A stretch of 64,000 nt of DNA, from positions 44,611 through 108,610 of the forward strand of contig JAYPEY010000006.1 of the NCBI GenBank assembly GCA_038126035.1. Reading direction: 5' to 3'. Source of the DNA: Verrucomicrobiales bacterium (GTDB lineage: Bacteria > Verrucomicrobiota > Verrucomicrobiia > Limisphaerales > JAYPEY01). Below are positions 36,568-46,602 of the stretch, piece after piece; the first letter of the stretch is position 1; each line of letters opens with the position of its first letter. The notes beneath the pieces were generated by a model. That model saw only the letters and a program-made list of their open reading frames with translations, was not told the origin of the DNA and did not search any database. The position numbers were made by a program, and so were the translations under genes.

Positions 36568-38865
36568 ATGAATCGATTCGTCTTTCTACGGGCTGCGCTC
36601 ATTGCCGTCTTCATGTTTTCCCTGGGCCTTCATGCTGCGGGGAAACGCCCGAACATCCTGTATTTTTACGTCGATGACATGGGTTGGGGCGCGATCGGGC
36701 CGAACGGGCAGGCGGAGCGTCGGGCGAAAGGGCTGCCCCACGTGCTCACGCCGAATCTCGATCGCCTGGCGGCCGAAGGCGTCAATTTCACGCGGTCGTA
36801 TGGCTGCACGGTCTGTTCGCCGGCGCGGTCGTCGCAGCAGACCGGCTTTCATCAGGGACACACCTTCGCCGACCGCAACGATCCCGACAACGCCAAGAAG
36901 GCCATCCGCCGCGAGGACCTGACCATGGGCAACAGACTGTCGAAGGCCGGCTACACGACCGGCTACTGGGGCAAGTGGGGCTACGGCGGCTCCAAGAGCC
37001 AGGAGGCGCCGACCATTGACAACATCCAGACCCTGCCGACCTCGCACGGCTATCAACACGTCGTGGCCGAGCTGCACCACGTGCGGGCGCACACCTTTTT
37101 TCAACCGACACTGTGGAACGCCCCGGCCAAGGCCGGCTCCGTGGGCGGGTTGGAGTTGAAGCCGAACTCCATGTCGTCGTTCAAGGGCGACAAGAGATAC
37201 CCGGACGCTCCGGCGCTGCAGAATCACCCGGATTATCCGGCGACGGCCTATTGTGACGATGTCTACGCCTTCGCGGCCCTGGACTTCGTCCGCGCCGGAG
37301 CGAAGGCATACAACGCGAGCGGCAAGCCGTTCTTCGGGTTGCTGGCGGTGCAGGTTCCGCATGCGCCGTTCGATGAGATTCAACAACTGCCCGAATGGAA
37401 TCGCGCCTACCGCGACAGACCCTTCTTCAATTCGCTCTCGAAACAGGCCCAGGAATGGGCGGCCATGGTCACGCGGATCGACGGCCATTTCGGCAATATC
37501 CTCGACGCCCTGGAGGATCCGAATGGGGACGGCGACACGTCTGATTCCATTGCGGCCGACACCCTGGTGGTGTTCCAGTCGGACAACGGCGGCCCGCAGC
37601 ATCCGGCGCGCAATGAGTTCCGCGCAAATGGCGGTCTGCGCGCGGCCAAGGGCAGGATCGAGGAGGGCGGCATCCGGATCCCCACGATCATGCGTTGGCC
37701 GGCGAAAATCACGGCGACCTCCAAACTCCGCGCGGGAACCAGCACAGACCGGATCATCGATGTCACCGATCTGCTGCCGACCTTTTGTGAACTGGCGGGC
37801 ATCGACGCGCCGCTGGGCATCGATGGCGTTTCATTGGCGCCCACGTTGACCGGCGAGGGCCGTCAGCGACGGCGCGAGTTTGTCATTCACGAGGCCGGCA
37901 ACGGCCAGTCCATCATCCGCGGCCGGCACAAGTTGATCCGCCGCAGGAAGGGAATCGAACTTTACGACCTGGTGGCCGATCACGCCGAGGAGAAGGACAT
38001 CGCGGCAAAACATCCGAAGCTGGTCGCGGAACTGAAGGAGCTGCTGCTCGGCGAGCGCGTCGATGAACCGAAGGGCTTCGCTAACACCTACCACCATTGG
38101 ACCGCGGGCGCGCGCGGCGACCTGAGCTCCGCCGACAACTGGTCCGACTACCGATATGCCAACGCCGGCATCACCTACACGACGGATGACGGCCCGCCCC
38201 GGGCGTCCTGGGTCGCGCGATTGGAGAACAAGGGCGAAACGGGCGCCTCGGCGTCCGTCGGCAAGCCGAGGAAGAACGCCCGGGCAGGACAGAGCAAAGG
38301 AGAGGTCGCGTTCCTTGCCCTCGAAATCGCGGGCGATGTCGGAGCGCGCGCCCTGCAGACCCTGTCGGTCGAGAGCGATCAGGCGCTGATCGGTCGCAAT
38401 GAGGTTCGAATTTCAGAACTGGGCGTCGTCCATCTGAAGGGCGGGCGGGTGGAATCGCAGCGGTGGATCGATATCAAGTCCGGCGGACTGCTTTATGGTC
38501 ACGGCGCCGTGGAGGGCGATGTTCACAACGCTGGCGCGATCAGCGCCATCCACGGCCGCAACAAGGTCGCGCGTCGGCTCGAGATCGACGGTGACTATTT
38601 CGGCTCGGACGCGTCCACGCTGACGATCGACGCCACCAGGCAATCCGATCATTTTGAGATCGCGGGGACGGCGCATCTGGACGGTGAATTGAAGGTCATG
38701 TTGCACCGGGGCGACAGGCCGACGAAGGGCGACGCCTTCACGGTGTTGAAGGCGACGAAGATCGAGGGCCGCTTCAACAATCCCGGCGATGTCGTCAAGA
38801 GTGCCGACGGAGCAGCGTTCAGGATCGAGTATTCGGCGAAGTCGGTTCGCGTGATTGTGCTGTGA
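36568..38865 (+). CDS. Cys-type sulfatase with C-terminal autotransporter-associated beta-strand-repeat-like domain
   Basis: 'PNILYFYVDDMGWG' and the CxPxR motif 'CSPARSSQQTG'. The last 250 aa or so begin 'HWTAG..GDLSSADNWS' and are beta-rich. ATG at 36568. Confidence 0.85.
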   Translation: MNRFVFLRAALIAVFMFSLGLHAAGKRPNILYFYVDDMGWGAIGPNGQAERRAKGLPHVLTPNLDRLAAEGVNFTRSYGCTVCSPARSSQQTGFHQGHTFADRNDPDNAKKAIRREDLTMGNRLSKAGYTTGYWGKWGYGGSKSQEAPTIDNIQTLPTSHGYQHVVAELHHVRAHTFFQPTLWNAPAKAGSVGGLELKPNSMSSFKGDKRYPDAPALQNHPDYPATAYCDDVYAFAALDFVRAGAKAYNASGKPFFGLLAVQVPHAPFDEIQQLPEWNRAYRDRPFFNSLSKQAQEWAAMVTRIDGHFGNILDALEDPNGDGDTSDSIAADTLVVFQSDNGGPQHPARNEFRANGGLRAAKGRIEEGGIRIPTIMRWPAKITATSKLRAGTSTDRIIDVTDLLPTFCELAGIDAPLGIDGVSLAPTLTGEGRQRRREFVIHEAGNGQSIIRGRHKLIRRRKGIELYDLVADHAEEKDIAAKHPKLVAELKELLLGERVDEPKGFANTYHHWTAGARGDLSSADNWSDYRYANAGITYTTDDGPPRASWVARLENKGETGASASVGKPRKNARAGQSKGEVAFLALEIAGDVGARALQTLSVESDQALIGRNEVRISELGVVHLKGGRVESQRWIDIKSGGLLYGHGAVEGDVHNAGAISAIHGRNKVARRLEIDGDYFGSDASTLTIDATRQSDHFEIAGTAHLDGELKVMLHRGDRPTKGDAFTVLKATKIEGRFNNPGDVVKSADGAAFRIEYSAKSVRVIVL

Positions 38866-38900
38866 GCCGCGGCGGCTCGACGAATGACATGGCCGCAATG

Positions 38901-38985
38901 GTGTCACCCTTCCAAGGGTTTGAAGTGGGGCGCCTGCGGCGGGTCTCCCCGACTTGTAATGGCGGGGACGTCCCGCCCGATTGTA
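38901..38985. repeat. REP family D copy 1
   Basis: GTGTCACCCTTCCAAGGGTTTGAAGTGGGGCGCCTGCGGCGGGTCTCCCCGACTTGTAA.. Homologous to 39399 onward and to 47205 onward. Confidence 0.75.
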
Positions 38986-39015
38986 AGAGAAACGAACTGT
39001 ATAAGCCTGAATATC

Positions 39016-39342
39016 ATGAACGAATCTGTCTGTCCCATGTGTGAAATGGACGAAATCCTCAAGCATGAGGATCACCTTGAATGCGTCACCTGCGGCCACG
39101 AATGGGAACCTGAGCCGGCCGCCGCCGGCGAGCGCGTCGTGAAGGACGCCCATGGGAACACGCTCGCGGATGGGGATTGCGTGATCCTGGTCAAGGATCT
39201 CAAGCTCAGCGCCTCGGAGGTTCTCAAGGTCGGTTCAAAGTCCAAACCCATCCGCCTGGTGGACGGCGATCATGAGATCTCCTGCAAGGTGAACGGCATC
39301 GCGGTCGGTCTCAAGGCGCAGTTCGTCAAAAAGGCGTCCTGA
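39016..39342 (+). CDS. yjdM: PhnA/YjdM zinc-ribbon protein
   Basis: 'CPMCE..CVTCGHEW' followed by 'VKDAHGNTLADGDCVILVKDLKL..IRLVDGDHEI..GLKAQFVKK'. Confidence 0.85.
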   Translation: MNESVCPMCEMDEILKHEDHLECVTCGHEWEPEPAAAGERVVKDAHGNTLADGDCVILVKDLKLSASEVLKVGSKSKPIRLVDGDHEISCKVNGIAVGLKAQFVKKAS

Positions 39343-39370
39343 GCCTGACGGAATAATCGAATTCAGAATG

Positions 39371-39600
39371 GGGAGACCCGACCTGCCGCCGCACGATTGT
39401 GTCACCCTTTCAGGGTGTTGAAGTGGGGCGCCTGCGGCGAGGCGCCCCTACCTGCGTTGCTCGGGACGGCTCGCCGACTTGTCACACTTCAAAGTCCCGG
39501 AGGGACGAAGGAACTCGGAATGGGGATCGCGGAATGCGGAGCCAAAACTGTTCCGAACTCCGCGTTCCGATTTCCGCATTCGCCTGTCCCGGAGGGACGC
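39371..39600. repeat. REP family D copy 2 plus adjacent hairpin block
   Basis: GTGTCACCCTTTCAGGGTGTTGAAGTGGGGCGCCTGCGGCGAGGCGCCCC.., followed by GCGGAATGCGGAG..CTCCGCGTTCCG..TTTCCGCATTCGC hairpins. Confidence 0.75.
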
Positions 39601-39797
39601 AAAGCGGCTGCCGCCTGCGCTTCCGGGTCAGCCTTGAAATCACGCAGTCGCCTGGCCTTCTCTTCCGACAGCGATTCGATGACTGGTTCCAGCAGCCGTC
39701 GAAGGATTGTGGACGCTTCGCTCACGGTCGACATCGCAATCCGACTTCCAGCGCCAGTCGAAACGCCTGTCACCGCCTCGCCCGGGCGGGTCGAACC

Positions 39798-42700
39798 TCA
39801 CTCCGCATTGCGGCCGCAGCATTTCTTGTATTTCTTGCCGCTGCCGCAGGGGCACGGGTCGTTGCGGCCGACCTTGGGCCCGCTTTCGACCGGCTTGGCC
39901 TTTTCGACCTCGGCCGCCGCCTCGGAGACCATGTCGCCGCCGCTGGCCTGGGCCGGGGCGCCCGCGCCGCCGCCGAAGGCGTTCATGTCCTGGTGCTGGG
40001 CCTGGCTGCCGCGATTGGCAAGGCGCAGGCGGAACCGCTCCAGGGCCTCGCGGCTCGAGTGGCCGAGGAAGACGTTGTGGCAGATCTCGGTCTTGATATC
40101 GACCATCATCTCGTCGAAGACCTTGAAGGCCTCCGCCTTGAACTCCAGCAGCGGGTCGCGTTGTCCGTAGGCCCGCAGGCCGATGCTGTGGCGCAGGCTG
40201 TCGATCTCGTAGAGGTGCTCCTGCCATTTCTGGTCGATCGCGGCCATGATGAGCCAGCGTTCGATGGCGGTGAGCGCCGTGGGATCCTCGATGCTGGCCT
40301 TGATCTCGTAGGCCTCCTTCACCGCGTCCGTGATGGCCTTGCAGACACCGAACTGGGCCGCGTTGAAGCCGTTGTAGATCGAGCCGGCCGGCGGGGCTTC
40401 GTCGTTGCTCGTCGCCGCCTTGAGCAGTTCCTCTTCGGGGATGCCGATCGGGAAGGTCAGGTTGGTCCAGTCGGCCAGGCCGCGGATGTTCCAGTCCTCC
40501 GGCTCCTTGTCCTCGAAGCAGAACTCCTCGACCTTCTGGATGATGACCTCCTCGATCACCTCCATCATGCGGTCGTGCACGCTCTCGGCCTGGAGGATCT
40601 CGTTGCGGAAATCGTAGATCACCGAGCGCTGCTTGTTCATCACGTCGTCGAACTCCAACGTGCGTTTGCGGATCTGGAAGTTGTGGCCTTCGACGCGCTT
40701 CTGCGCGGAGCCGATCGAACGGTTCAGCAGGGGGTGCTCCAGTTCCTGGCCCTCCTCGAGGCCGACGCGCTCCATCACCTTGCTAATGCGGTCGGAGCCG
40801 AAAAGGCGCATGAGGTCGTCCTCCAATGAGATGAAGAAGTGCGAGGAGCCGGGATCGCCCTGACGCGCGCAACGTCCGCGCAGCTGCCGGTCGATGCGGC
40901 GGGATTCGTGGCGCTCCGTGCCGAGCACGTGCAGGCCTCCGAGTTCGGCGACGCCCTCGCCCAGTTTGATGTCCGTGCCGCGGCCGGCCATGTTGGTCGC
41001 GATGGTGACTGCGCCGCGTTGTCCGGCGCGCGCGACGATCTCCGCCTCCTTTTCGTGGAACTTCGCGTTGAGCACGTTGTGCACGATGCCGGCGCGTTTG
41101 AGCATGCGCGCCAACTGCTCCGAGGTCTCGACCGAAACCGTGCCCACCAGGATCGGACGACCCTGCTTGTGGACTTCGCGGATCTCGTCCAGCACCGCAT
41201 TGAACTTCTCGCGCTTGGTCTTGTAGACCGTGTCGTTGTGGTCGATGCGCAGGCAGGGCTTGTTCGTCGGAATGACCAGCACGCCCAGCTTGTAGATGTC
41301 GTAGAACTCGGAGGCCTCGGTCTCGGCCGTGCCGGTCATGCCGGCCAGTTTGTGGTAGAGACGGAAGTAGTTCTGGATGGTGATGGTCGCCAGGGTCTGG
41401 GTTTCGCCTTCCAGCTCCACGCCTTCCTTGGCCTCCACCGCCATGTGTAGGCCGTCGCTCCAGCGACGACCCGGCATCTTGCGGCCGGTGTTTTCATCGA
41501 CGATGACGACCTTGTTGTTCTCGACCACATACTGCACGTCCTTCTCGTAGATGCAGTAGGCCTTCAACAACTGGGAGACCACGTGGATGGTCGAGGCGCG
41601 TTCGTCGGAAAGCTCCTGGATCCGGGCCTTCTCCTGCGCGCGTTGATGCGCATCAAGATCGTCGCGCAGATCGACCTCATGGAACAGGGTCGAGATGTCC
41701 GGCAGCATAAACGCCTCCGGATCGTCGGAGTTCATGAAGTTGCGGCCCTTTTCGGTCAGGTCCGCGTCGTGGGACTTCTCGTCCATCGCGAAGAAAAGCT
41801 CCTCCTTCTGCGCGTAGAGCTCCTTCTTTGTCTGGTCGGCGAGCAGTTGCAGCTCGGCCTGGTTCATCATGTTGAGGTTGTCCGGATTCTCCAGGATCGA
41901 CAGGAGCCGCGGCGAGCGCGGCTGGCCCTGCTTGACCTTGTAGAGCTGCAGGCCGATGTCGTAGCGCAACAGTTCCGCCTCCTCGCGCTGCCCTTCGTCC
42001 AGTTCGGCCAGCTGCTTGATCTTCTTCTTCGCGTCGTCGATGAAGCGATCGCAGAGCTTGCGCTGCGCCTGGATCAACGACTGGATCCTGGGCCGCGTGG
42101 CGACATAGCGCTCGTTGTCGCTGTTGGCGACCGCGGGTCCGCTGATGATCAACGGCGTGCGCGCCTCGTCGATCAGGATCGAGTCCACCTCGTCAACGAT
42201 CGCGAAGTAATGCCCGCGCTGCACCTGGTCCTCCTTGCGCGTGGCCATGCCGTTGTCGCGCAGGTAGTCGAAACCAAATTCGGAGTTGGTGCCGTAGGTG
42301 ATGTCGCAGTTGTACTGCTCGCGGCGCAGTTCGGAATGCTGGGAGTTCTGGATGCAGCCCACGGTCAGGCCGAGGAAGCGGTAGACCGCGCCCATCCACT
42401 CGCTGTCGCGCGCGGCGAGGTAGTCGTTGACCGTCACCACGTGCACGCCGCGCCCGGTGAGCGCATTGAGGTAGACCGGGAACGTGCCGACCAGCGTCTT
42501 GCCTTCACCCGTCGCCATTTCCGCGATGCGGCCCGTGTGCAGCCCCCAGCCGCCGATCAACTGCACATCGTAGGGAATCATCTCCCACGGCAGCGGATGA
42601 TCCCGCACCATCACCTCCGTGCCGCACAGGCGACGGCAGGCGTTCTTCACCACGGCGAAGGCCTCGGGCATGATCTCATCCAGCCGCGTTCTCAGCTGAT

Positions 42701-42881
42701 CGAGATCCTCGATCTCCGACAGCTCCTTCTTCCAATCCGCGGTCTTGTTGCGCAGATAGTCGTCGGACTGCTTCTGGTACGACTCCTCGAGCTCGTTGAT
42801 GCGGGCCACGACCGGCTGCATCTTCTTGATCTCGCGCTCGTTCTTCGAGCCAAACACTTTGTTGATGACAAATTTCAGCAT
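39798..42881 (-). CDS. secA: preprotein translocase ATPase SecA
   Basis: 1027 aa. 'MLKFVINKVFGSKNEREIKK', 'MATGEGKTLV' and the C-terminal zinc motif 'CPCGSGKKYKKCCG'. Confidence 0.97.
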   Translation of the reverse strand: MLKFVINKVFGSKNEREIKKMQPVVARINELEESYQKQSDDYLRNKTADWKKELSEIEDLDQLRTRLDEIMPEAFAVVKNACRRLCGTEVMVRDHPLPWEMIPYDVQLIGGWGLHTGRIAEMATGEGKTLVGTFPVYLNALTGRGVHVVTVNDYLAARDSEWMGAVYRFLGLTVGCIQNSQHSELRREQYNCDITYGTNSEFGFDYLRDNGMATRKEDQVQRGHYFAIVDEVDSILIDEARTPLIISGPAVANSDNERYVATRPRIQSLIQAQRKLCDRFIDDAKKKIKQLAELDEGQREEAELLRYDIGLQLYKVKQGQPRSPRLLSILENPDNLNMMNQAELQLLADQTKKELYAQKEELFFAMDEKSHDADLTEKGRNFMNSDDPEAFMLPDISTLFHEVDLRDDLDAHQRAQEKARIQELSDERASTIHVVSQLLKAYCIYEKDVQYVVENNKVVIVDENTGRKMPGRRWSDGLHMAVEAKEGVELEGETQTLATITIQNYFRLYHKLAGMTGTAETEASEFYDIYKLGVLVIPTNKPCLRIDHNDTVYKTKREKFNAVLDEIREVHKQGRPILVGTVSVETSEQLARMLKRAGIVHNVLNAKFHEKEAEIVARAGQRGAVTIATNMAGRGTDIKLGEGVAELGGLHVLGTERHESRRIDRQLRGRCARQGDPGSSHFFISLEDDLMRLFGSDRISKVMERVGLEEGQELEHPLLNRSIGSAQKRVEGHNFQIRKRTLEFDDVMNKQRSVIYDFRNEILQAESVHDRMMEVIEEVIIQKVEEFCFEDKEPEDWNIRGLADWTNLTFPIGIPEEELLKAATSNDEAPPAGSIYNGFNAAQFGVCKAITDAVKEAYEIKASIEDPTALTAIERWLIMAAIDQKWQEHLYEIDSLRHSIGLRAYGQRDPLLEFKAEAFKVFDEMMVDIKTEICHNVFLGHSSREALERFRLRLANRGSQAQHQDMNAFGGGAGAPAQASGGDMVSEAAAEVEKAKPVESGPKVGRNDPCPCGSGKKYKKCCGRNAE

Positions 42882-43139
42882 GACAAAAAGGGTTCCCCGC
42901 GCCGGGTGTGCGCGGCGCGATAAGAACCGGCGACGCTACGCGACCGCCACTGCCGCGTCAAAAGGATTCAAATCGCAAAAATCCGGGAGATTTGGAGCGG
43001 AAATCCGGTTCCGCGCGCGCTTGAATGACCGCAAAGCGGGCAACGATGGGGGGCAATAGACAAAGTCCCCGGCGTTGTTGACTGATCCATCCAGCAGCGC
43101 CAAGTTCCTCTTGACGTCACCGATTCGGAGGACATTTCG

Positions 43140-44099
43140 ATGAGTAAGGGAGAACGGATGAGCATTCGAACGAAACGAATGGCAGCGAATTTCGGGTTGT
43201 TCTGCTTCCTCTTGCTCGCTTCGGAGAGGATCGTCGCATGTCTCTGGGACTACGACACCCTCTCGATGGAGCGGAAACGGTTTCCCGAAGCCCACGAACT
43301 CATTGCCGGATATTTCCTTCGTCACTCGGATGCGTATTACGAATGGCGCCTGGCCGACCGGCTGGCAAAACAGGTCAATGAGCGGACGGCCATGGACCTC
43401 GACGATATTGCAGTGGCGTATGAGAAGCTCGATCGCCATGACGAAGCCATTGCCGCCATTTGCGAGAGGATGAAGCGTTGGCCTGAGGAAGGTCGTTATG
43501 AATCTGAAGCCAATCTGGGAACCTTCCTGATTCATTCAGGGAAGCTCGACAAGGGCTTGGAGCACATCGCGACAGCGATTGAGTTGAATCCGGACGCGCA
43601 CTTCGGGAGGGAAAAGTATCAGAAGCTTCTCGTCGAGTACGTCTTGGAAACAAGGAAGGTTCACCAGGACCTGCCGCTTCGGCCTGATTCATCATACGGA
43701 AGGCGGTTTGGGTTTGCAGAGTTTGCCTTGGAGACTTCTGAGATCGGCCCGGCCACAGACGCGGAGGCCCAAGCCGCGATCAAAGGCGTTCTGGGAATGA
43801 TGCGTTTTGGGCGGCACGATTCACCCATCCTACTTGAGGCTTTGGGGGATCTGCTTCTCTCGGCCGGCGAGTTCAACGATTCCAAGATGCTCGCCGCTCG
43901 CGCGTATCTGAAAGCTTCCTACGAAGTTGAGAGCGTCGAGGCTTCATATCGCTTCAGAATGAAAGCCAAGGAAGCGATCAACATGCAGTTCGGTAGAAGT
44001 TTGGATGAGATCGAAGCCGATCTTCAGGATGAGATCGCGCAAGGCTTCAAGTTGGCGCTGGAGATCGCCGCCAAGGAGCGAAGGTGGGTTGCCGAGTAA
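43140..44099 (+). CDS. hypothetical lipoprotein, helical/TPR-like, mature N-terminus CLWDYDTL
   Basis: GGAGGA lies 7 nt before the ATG. The signal peptide ends '..ERIVAC' (lipobox-like). No family recognised. GC is about 50-55% in four hand-counted blocks. Confidence 0.6.
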   Translation: MSKGERMSIRTKRMAANFGLFCFLLLASERIVACLWDYDTLSMERKRFPEAHELIAGYFLRHSDAYYEWRLADRLAKQVNERTAMDLDDIAVAYEKLDRHDEAIAAICERMKRWPEEGRYESEANLGTFLIHSGKLDKGLEHIATAIELNPDAHFGREKYQKLLVEYVLETRKVHQDLPLRPDSSYGRRFGFAEFALETSEIGPATDAEAQAAIKGVLGMMRFGRHDSPILLEALGDLLLSAGEFNDSKMLAARAYLKASYEVESVEASYRFRMKAKEAINMQFGRSLDEIEADLQDEIAQGFKLALEIAAKERRWVAE

Positions 44100-44348
44100 A
44101 TGAATCTCGACCGCGAATTTGCATCGACCTATCGCGAGCTGGCGAAACTTCAGCTCAACCGCCCGGATTGGTCGCCAAGGGAGGGTGATGTGAGAAGGGA
44201 GCGGATGTTAACGACCTTGGGATACCTCTCCGGAATCTGTGTCGTGGGTTCATTCCTCGTTCTCTTGACCATCTACGTCAGAAGATCGTTTCGCGGGCAG
44301 GCTCCCGCAAGAAGGCGGCAGGAGCAGCTCGAGAAGGACATCGGGTGA
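44100..44348 (+). CDS. hypothetical small protein with C-terminal TM helix
   Basis: The ATG immediately follows the TAA of the upstream gene. TM segment 'LSGICVVGSFLVLLTIYV'. Confidence 0.45.
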   Translation: MNLDREFASTYRELAKLQLNRPDWSPREGDVRRERMLTTLGYLSGICVVGSFLVLLTIYVRRSFRGQAPARRRQEQLEKDIG

Positions 44349-44423
44349 ACTGTAAGCCGCGCAACCAGGTCTTGGAATTCGAATACCGGCGCTGTTGACT
44401 GGGTGTTGAATTCTGTTCGCCCC

Positions 44424-45860
44424 ATGAAATCACATCGATTCCTTTTTGCCGCCGTTGTTGTCGCGATCGCGGCGTTGTGTTCCTTGTCCGCCGCCGTCGC
44501 GGCGCCGCCGAATTTTCTGGTCATCATGGCGGACGACTGCACCCACAACGACCTGCCGTTGTATGGCGGTCGGAATGCGAAGACGCCGAACATCGATTTA
44601 TTGGCGGCGCAGGGATTGACCTTCAACCGCGCCTATCTCAGCGAGGCCATGTGCCAGCCCTGTCGCGCCGAGTTGTATTCCGGGCAGTTTCCGCTCCGCA
44701 ATGGCTGCGCCTGGAATCACTCGGCAAGCCGGCCGGGCGTGAGGAGCATGCCGCAGCATCTTCGGCCGTTGGGTTACCGGGTGGGTCTGGCGGGCAAGGT
44801 GCACGTGAAGCCGGACAAGGCCTTTCCCTTCGAGAACGTCGGCGGATTCGATCCCAACTGCGTGCGGGATCCCACCCGGGCGCACGATCTGTCGGCGGTG
44901 AACGAATTCATGAGCCGCGACCGGACGCCCTTCTGCCTGGTCGTGGCGTTGGTGGAGCCGCATGTCCCGTGGGTCATGGGCGACCCGTCGAAGTATCCGC
45001 CGCGGAAGATCCAGCTGCCGCCGAACATTGCCGATACGCCGCGCACGCGCTCCGACTTCGGGAGGTATCTCGCCGAGATCACCTACATGGACGGCCAGGT
45101 CGGGGAACTGCTCGAGGCTTTGGACAAGTCCGGCAAGGCCGACGACACGCTCGTGCTCTTCACCTCGGAGCAGGGCTCGCAATTCCCCGGCTGCAAGTGG
45201 ACCAACTGGGACACCGGCGTCCACACGGCCCTGGTGGCCCGTTGGCCCGGCCGGGTTCCCGCCGGCAGACGCACGGACGCCATCGTGCAATACGCGGATG
45301 TCCTGCCGACCTTCCTTCACGCGGCGGGCGGCGGCGCCGCCGCCGCGGATTTCGACGGCCGCAGTTTCCTGCCGGTCCTGAAGGGCGGGGCGGAGAGCCA
45401 TCGTGAGTTCGCATTCGGCCTCCACAACAACGTTCCCGAAGGGCCGCGCTATCCGATCCGCACGGTCACCGACGGCGAGTGGCGTTACATCCGCAATTAT
45501 CTGCCGGAGGAGCTCTACATTGAGAAGCACCTGATGGGCGTCCAGGGCGACGGGAAGTTGAACAATCCCTACTGGTCGACCTGGGTGTTCCAGTCGTGGA
45601 ACAAACCGGCGATCTACAACCTCGTCAAACGCTACACCCGGCGTCCGGCCGAGCAGCTGTATCACACGGCCGAAGACCGGTTTGAGATGACCAATCTCGC
45701 CGACGATCCGAAACACGCCGCAATCAAGCGGCGGCTGCAGGCAAAACTGGAGGCCTGGATGAAATCACAGGGCGACCCCGGCGCGCCGGAGGACACGGAC
45801 GAAGCCATCCAGGCCGCGCGTAAAGGGAATCATCTCTACGGCCCGCCGTCCTCCAAGTAG
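44424..45860 (+). CDS. Cys-type sulfatase
   Basis: Signal peptide followed by 'PNFLVIMADDCTHNDL' and the CxPxR motif 'CQPCRAELYSG'. ATG at 44424. Confidence 0.9.
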   Translation: MKSHRFLFAAVVVAIAALCSLSAAVAAPPNFLVIMADDCTHNDLPLYGGRNAKTPNIDLLAAQGLTFNRAYLSEAMCQPCRAELYSGQFPLRNGCAWNHSASRPGVRSMPQHLRPLGYRVGLAGKVHVKPDKAFPFENVGGFDPNCVRDPTRAHDLSAVNEFMSRDRTPFCLVVALVEPHVPWVMGDPSKYPPRKIQLPPNIADTPRTRSDFGRYLAEITYMDGQVGELLEALDKSGKADDTLVLFTSEQGSQFPGCKWTNWDTGVHTALVARWPGRVPAGRRTDAIVQYADVLPTFLHAAGGGAAAADFDGRSFLPVLKGGAESHREFAFGLHNNVPEGPRYPIRTVTDGEWRYIRNYLPEELYIEKHLMGVQGDGKLNNPYWSTWVFQSWNKPAIYNLVKRYTRRPAEQLYHTAEDRFEMTNLADDPKHAAIKRRLQAKLEAWMKSQGDPGAPEDTDEAIQAARKGNHLYGPPSSK

Positions 45861-45929
45861 CCGCGCTCGCGAGAGCGTGGTTCCACGTGAGCCCGGAGCG
45901 AGGCTGGCGCCACCATCTGGCGAAGGCCG

Positions 45930-46571
45930 CTACTTCGGTGAAGCTTTCAACACCGCCCTGGCCGGCGCGCCTTCGGCGCCGAGCAGTTTCAACGGCAGGC
46001 AGATCAACTCGTAACGGCCGGGTTTCACGGCGGCGAGGTTCAGGCCTTCGATCACCCAGATCCCGGCGCCCAGCATGATCTGATGCGTCTCGACGCCGTC
46101 GCGCTGCCAGCCGCCGATGGAAAGGTAATCGATGCCCACGGTCATGACGCCCCGATCGGCGAGGAACTGCGCGCCTGCCTGCGAAATGCAGACGAACTTC
46201 TTGTCGAACGTATCCGACTTCCACGACTTTCGGCTGTTGCCGGTCTTGAAAAGGACGCGCTCGCCCCTGCGCAGTTTGTGCGGCTCCAGATGTTTCGGTT
46301 CAATCGCTGTCCGCGCCTTGATCTCGATAACCCGGCAACGACCGACCGTGGCGTGGATTGGCAGCTGATCAATGGAGGCCCCGTCGGCGACGAAATGCAG
46401 CGGCGCGTCCATGTGCGTGCCGGTGTGGGCGCCGAAGGAAAGCTGCGTGAAATTGCAGACATCGCCCTTGGCCATGTCGAGCTTCCGCGCGAGCGTCACC
46501 TCCGGGTCGCCGGGCCAATGGACCATGCCTGATCGGATTGGGACGGAGATGTCGATGAAGTCCTGGATCAT
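45930..46571 (-). CDS. cyclase-family protein (kynurenine-formamidase-like metal hydrolase)
   Basis: 'MIQDFIDISVPI' and the 'GAHTGTHMDAPLHF' HxGTHxDxPxH motif. ATG at 46571. The longer ORF N-terminus overlaps the regulator gene. Confidence 0.85.
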   Translation of the reverse strand: MIQDFIDISVPIRSGMVHWPGDPEVTLARKLDMAKGDVCNFTQLSFGAHTGTHMDAPLHFVADGASIDQLPIHATVGRCRVIEIKARTAIEPKHLEPHKLRRGERVLFKTGNSRKSWKSDTFDKKFVCISQAGAQFLADRGVMTVGIDYLSIGGWQRDGVETHQIMLGAGIWVIEGLNLAAVKPGRYELICLPLKLLGAEGAPARAVLKASPK

Positions 46572-46602
46572 GAGGATTCGGCCCTGCGGGCGATGTGTCC
46601 GC

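Noticed and set aside
45879-45890. Partial matches to the parS palindrome core: GGTTCCACGTGA here, TTCCACGTG at 30951 and CTTCCACGTGG at 23452
   Set aside because: Only the CACGTG centre and a few flanking bases match. This copy scores 12/16 against the full 16-mer, and the others lie inside coding sequence. These are too weak to call ParB sites.
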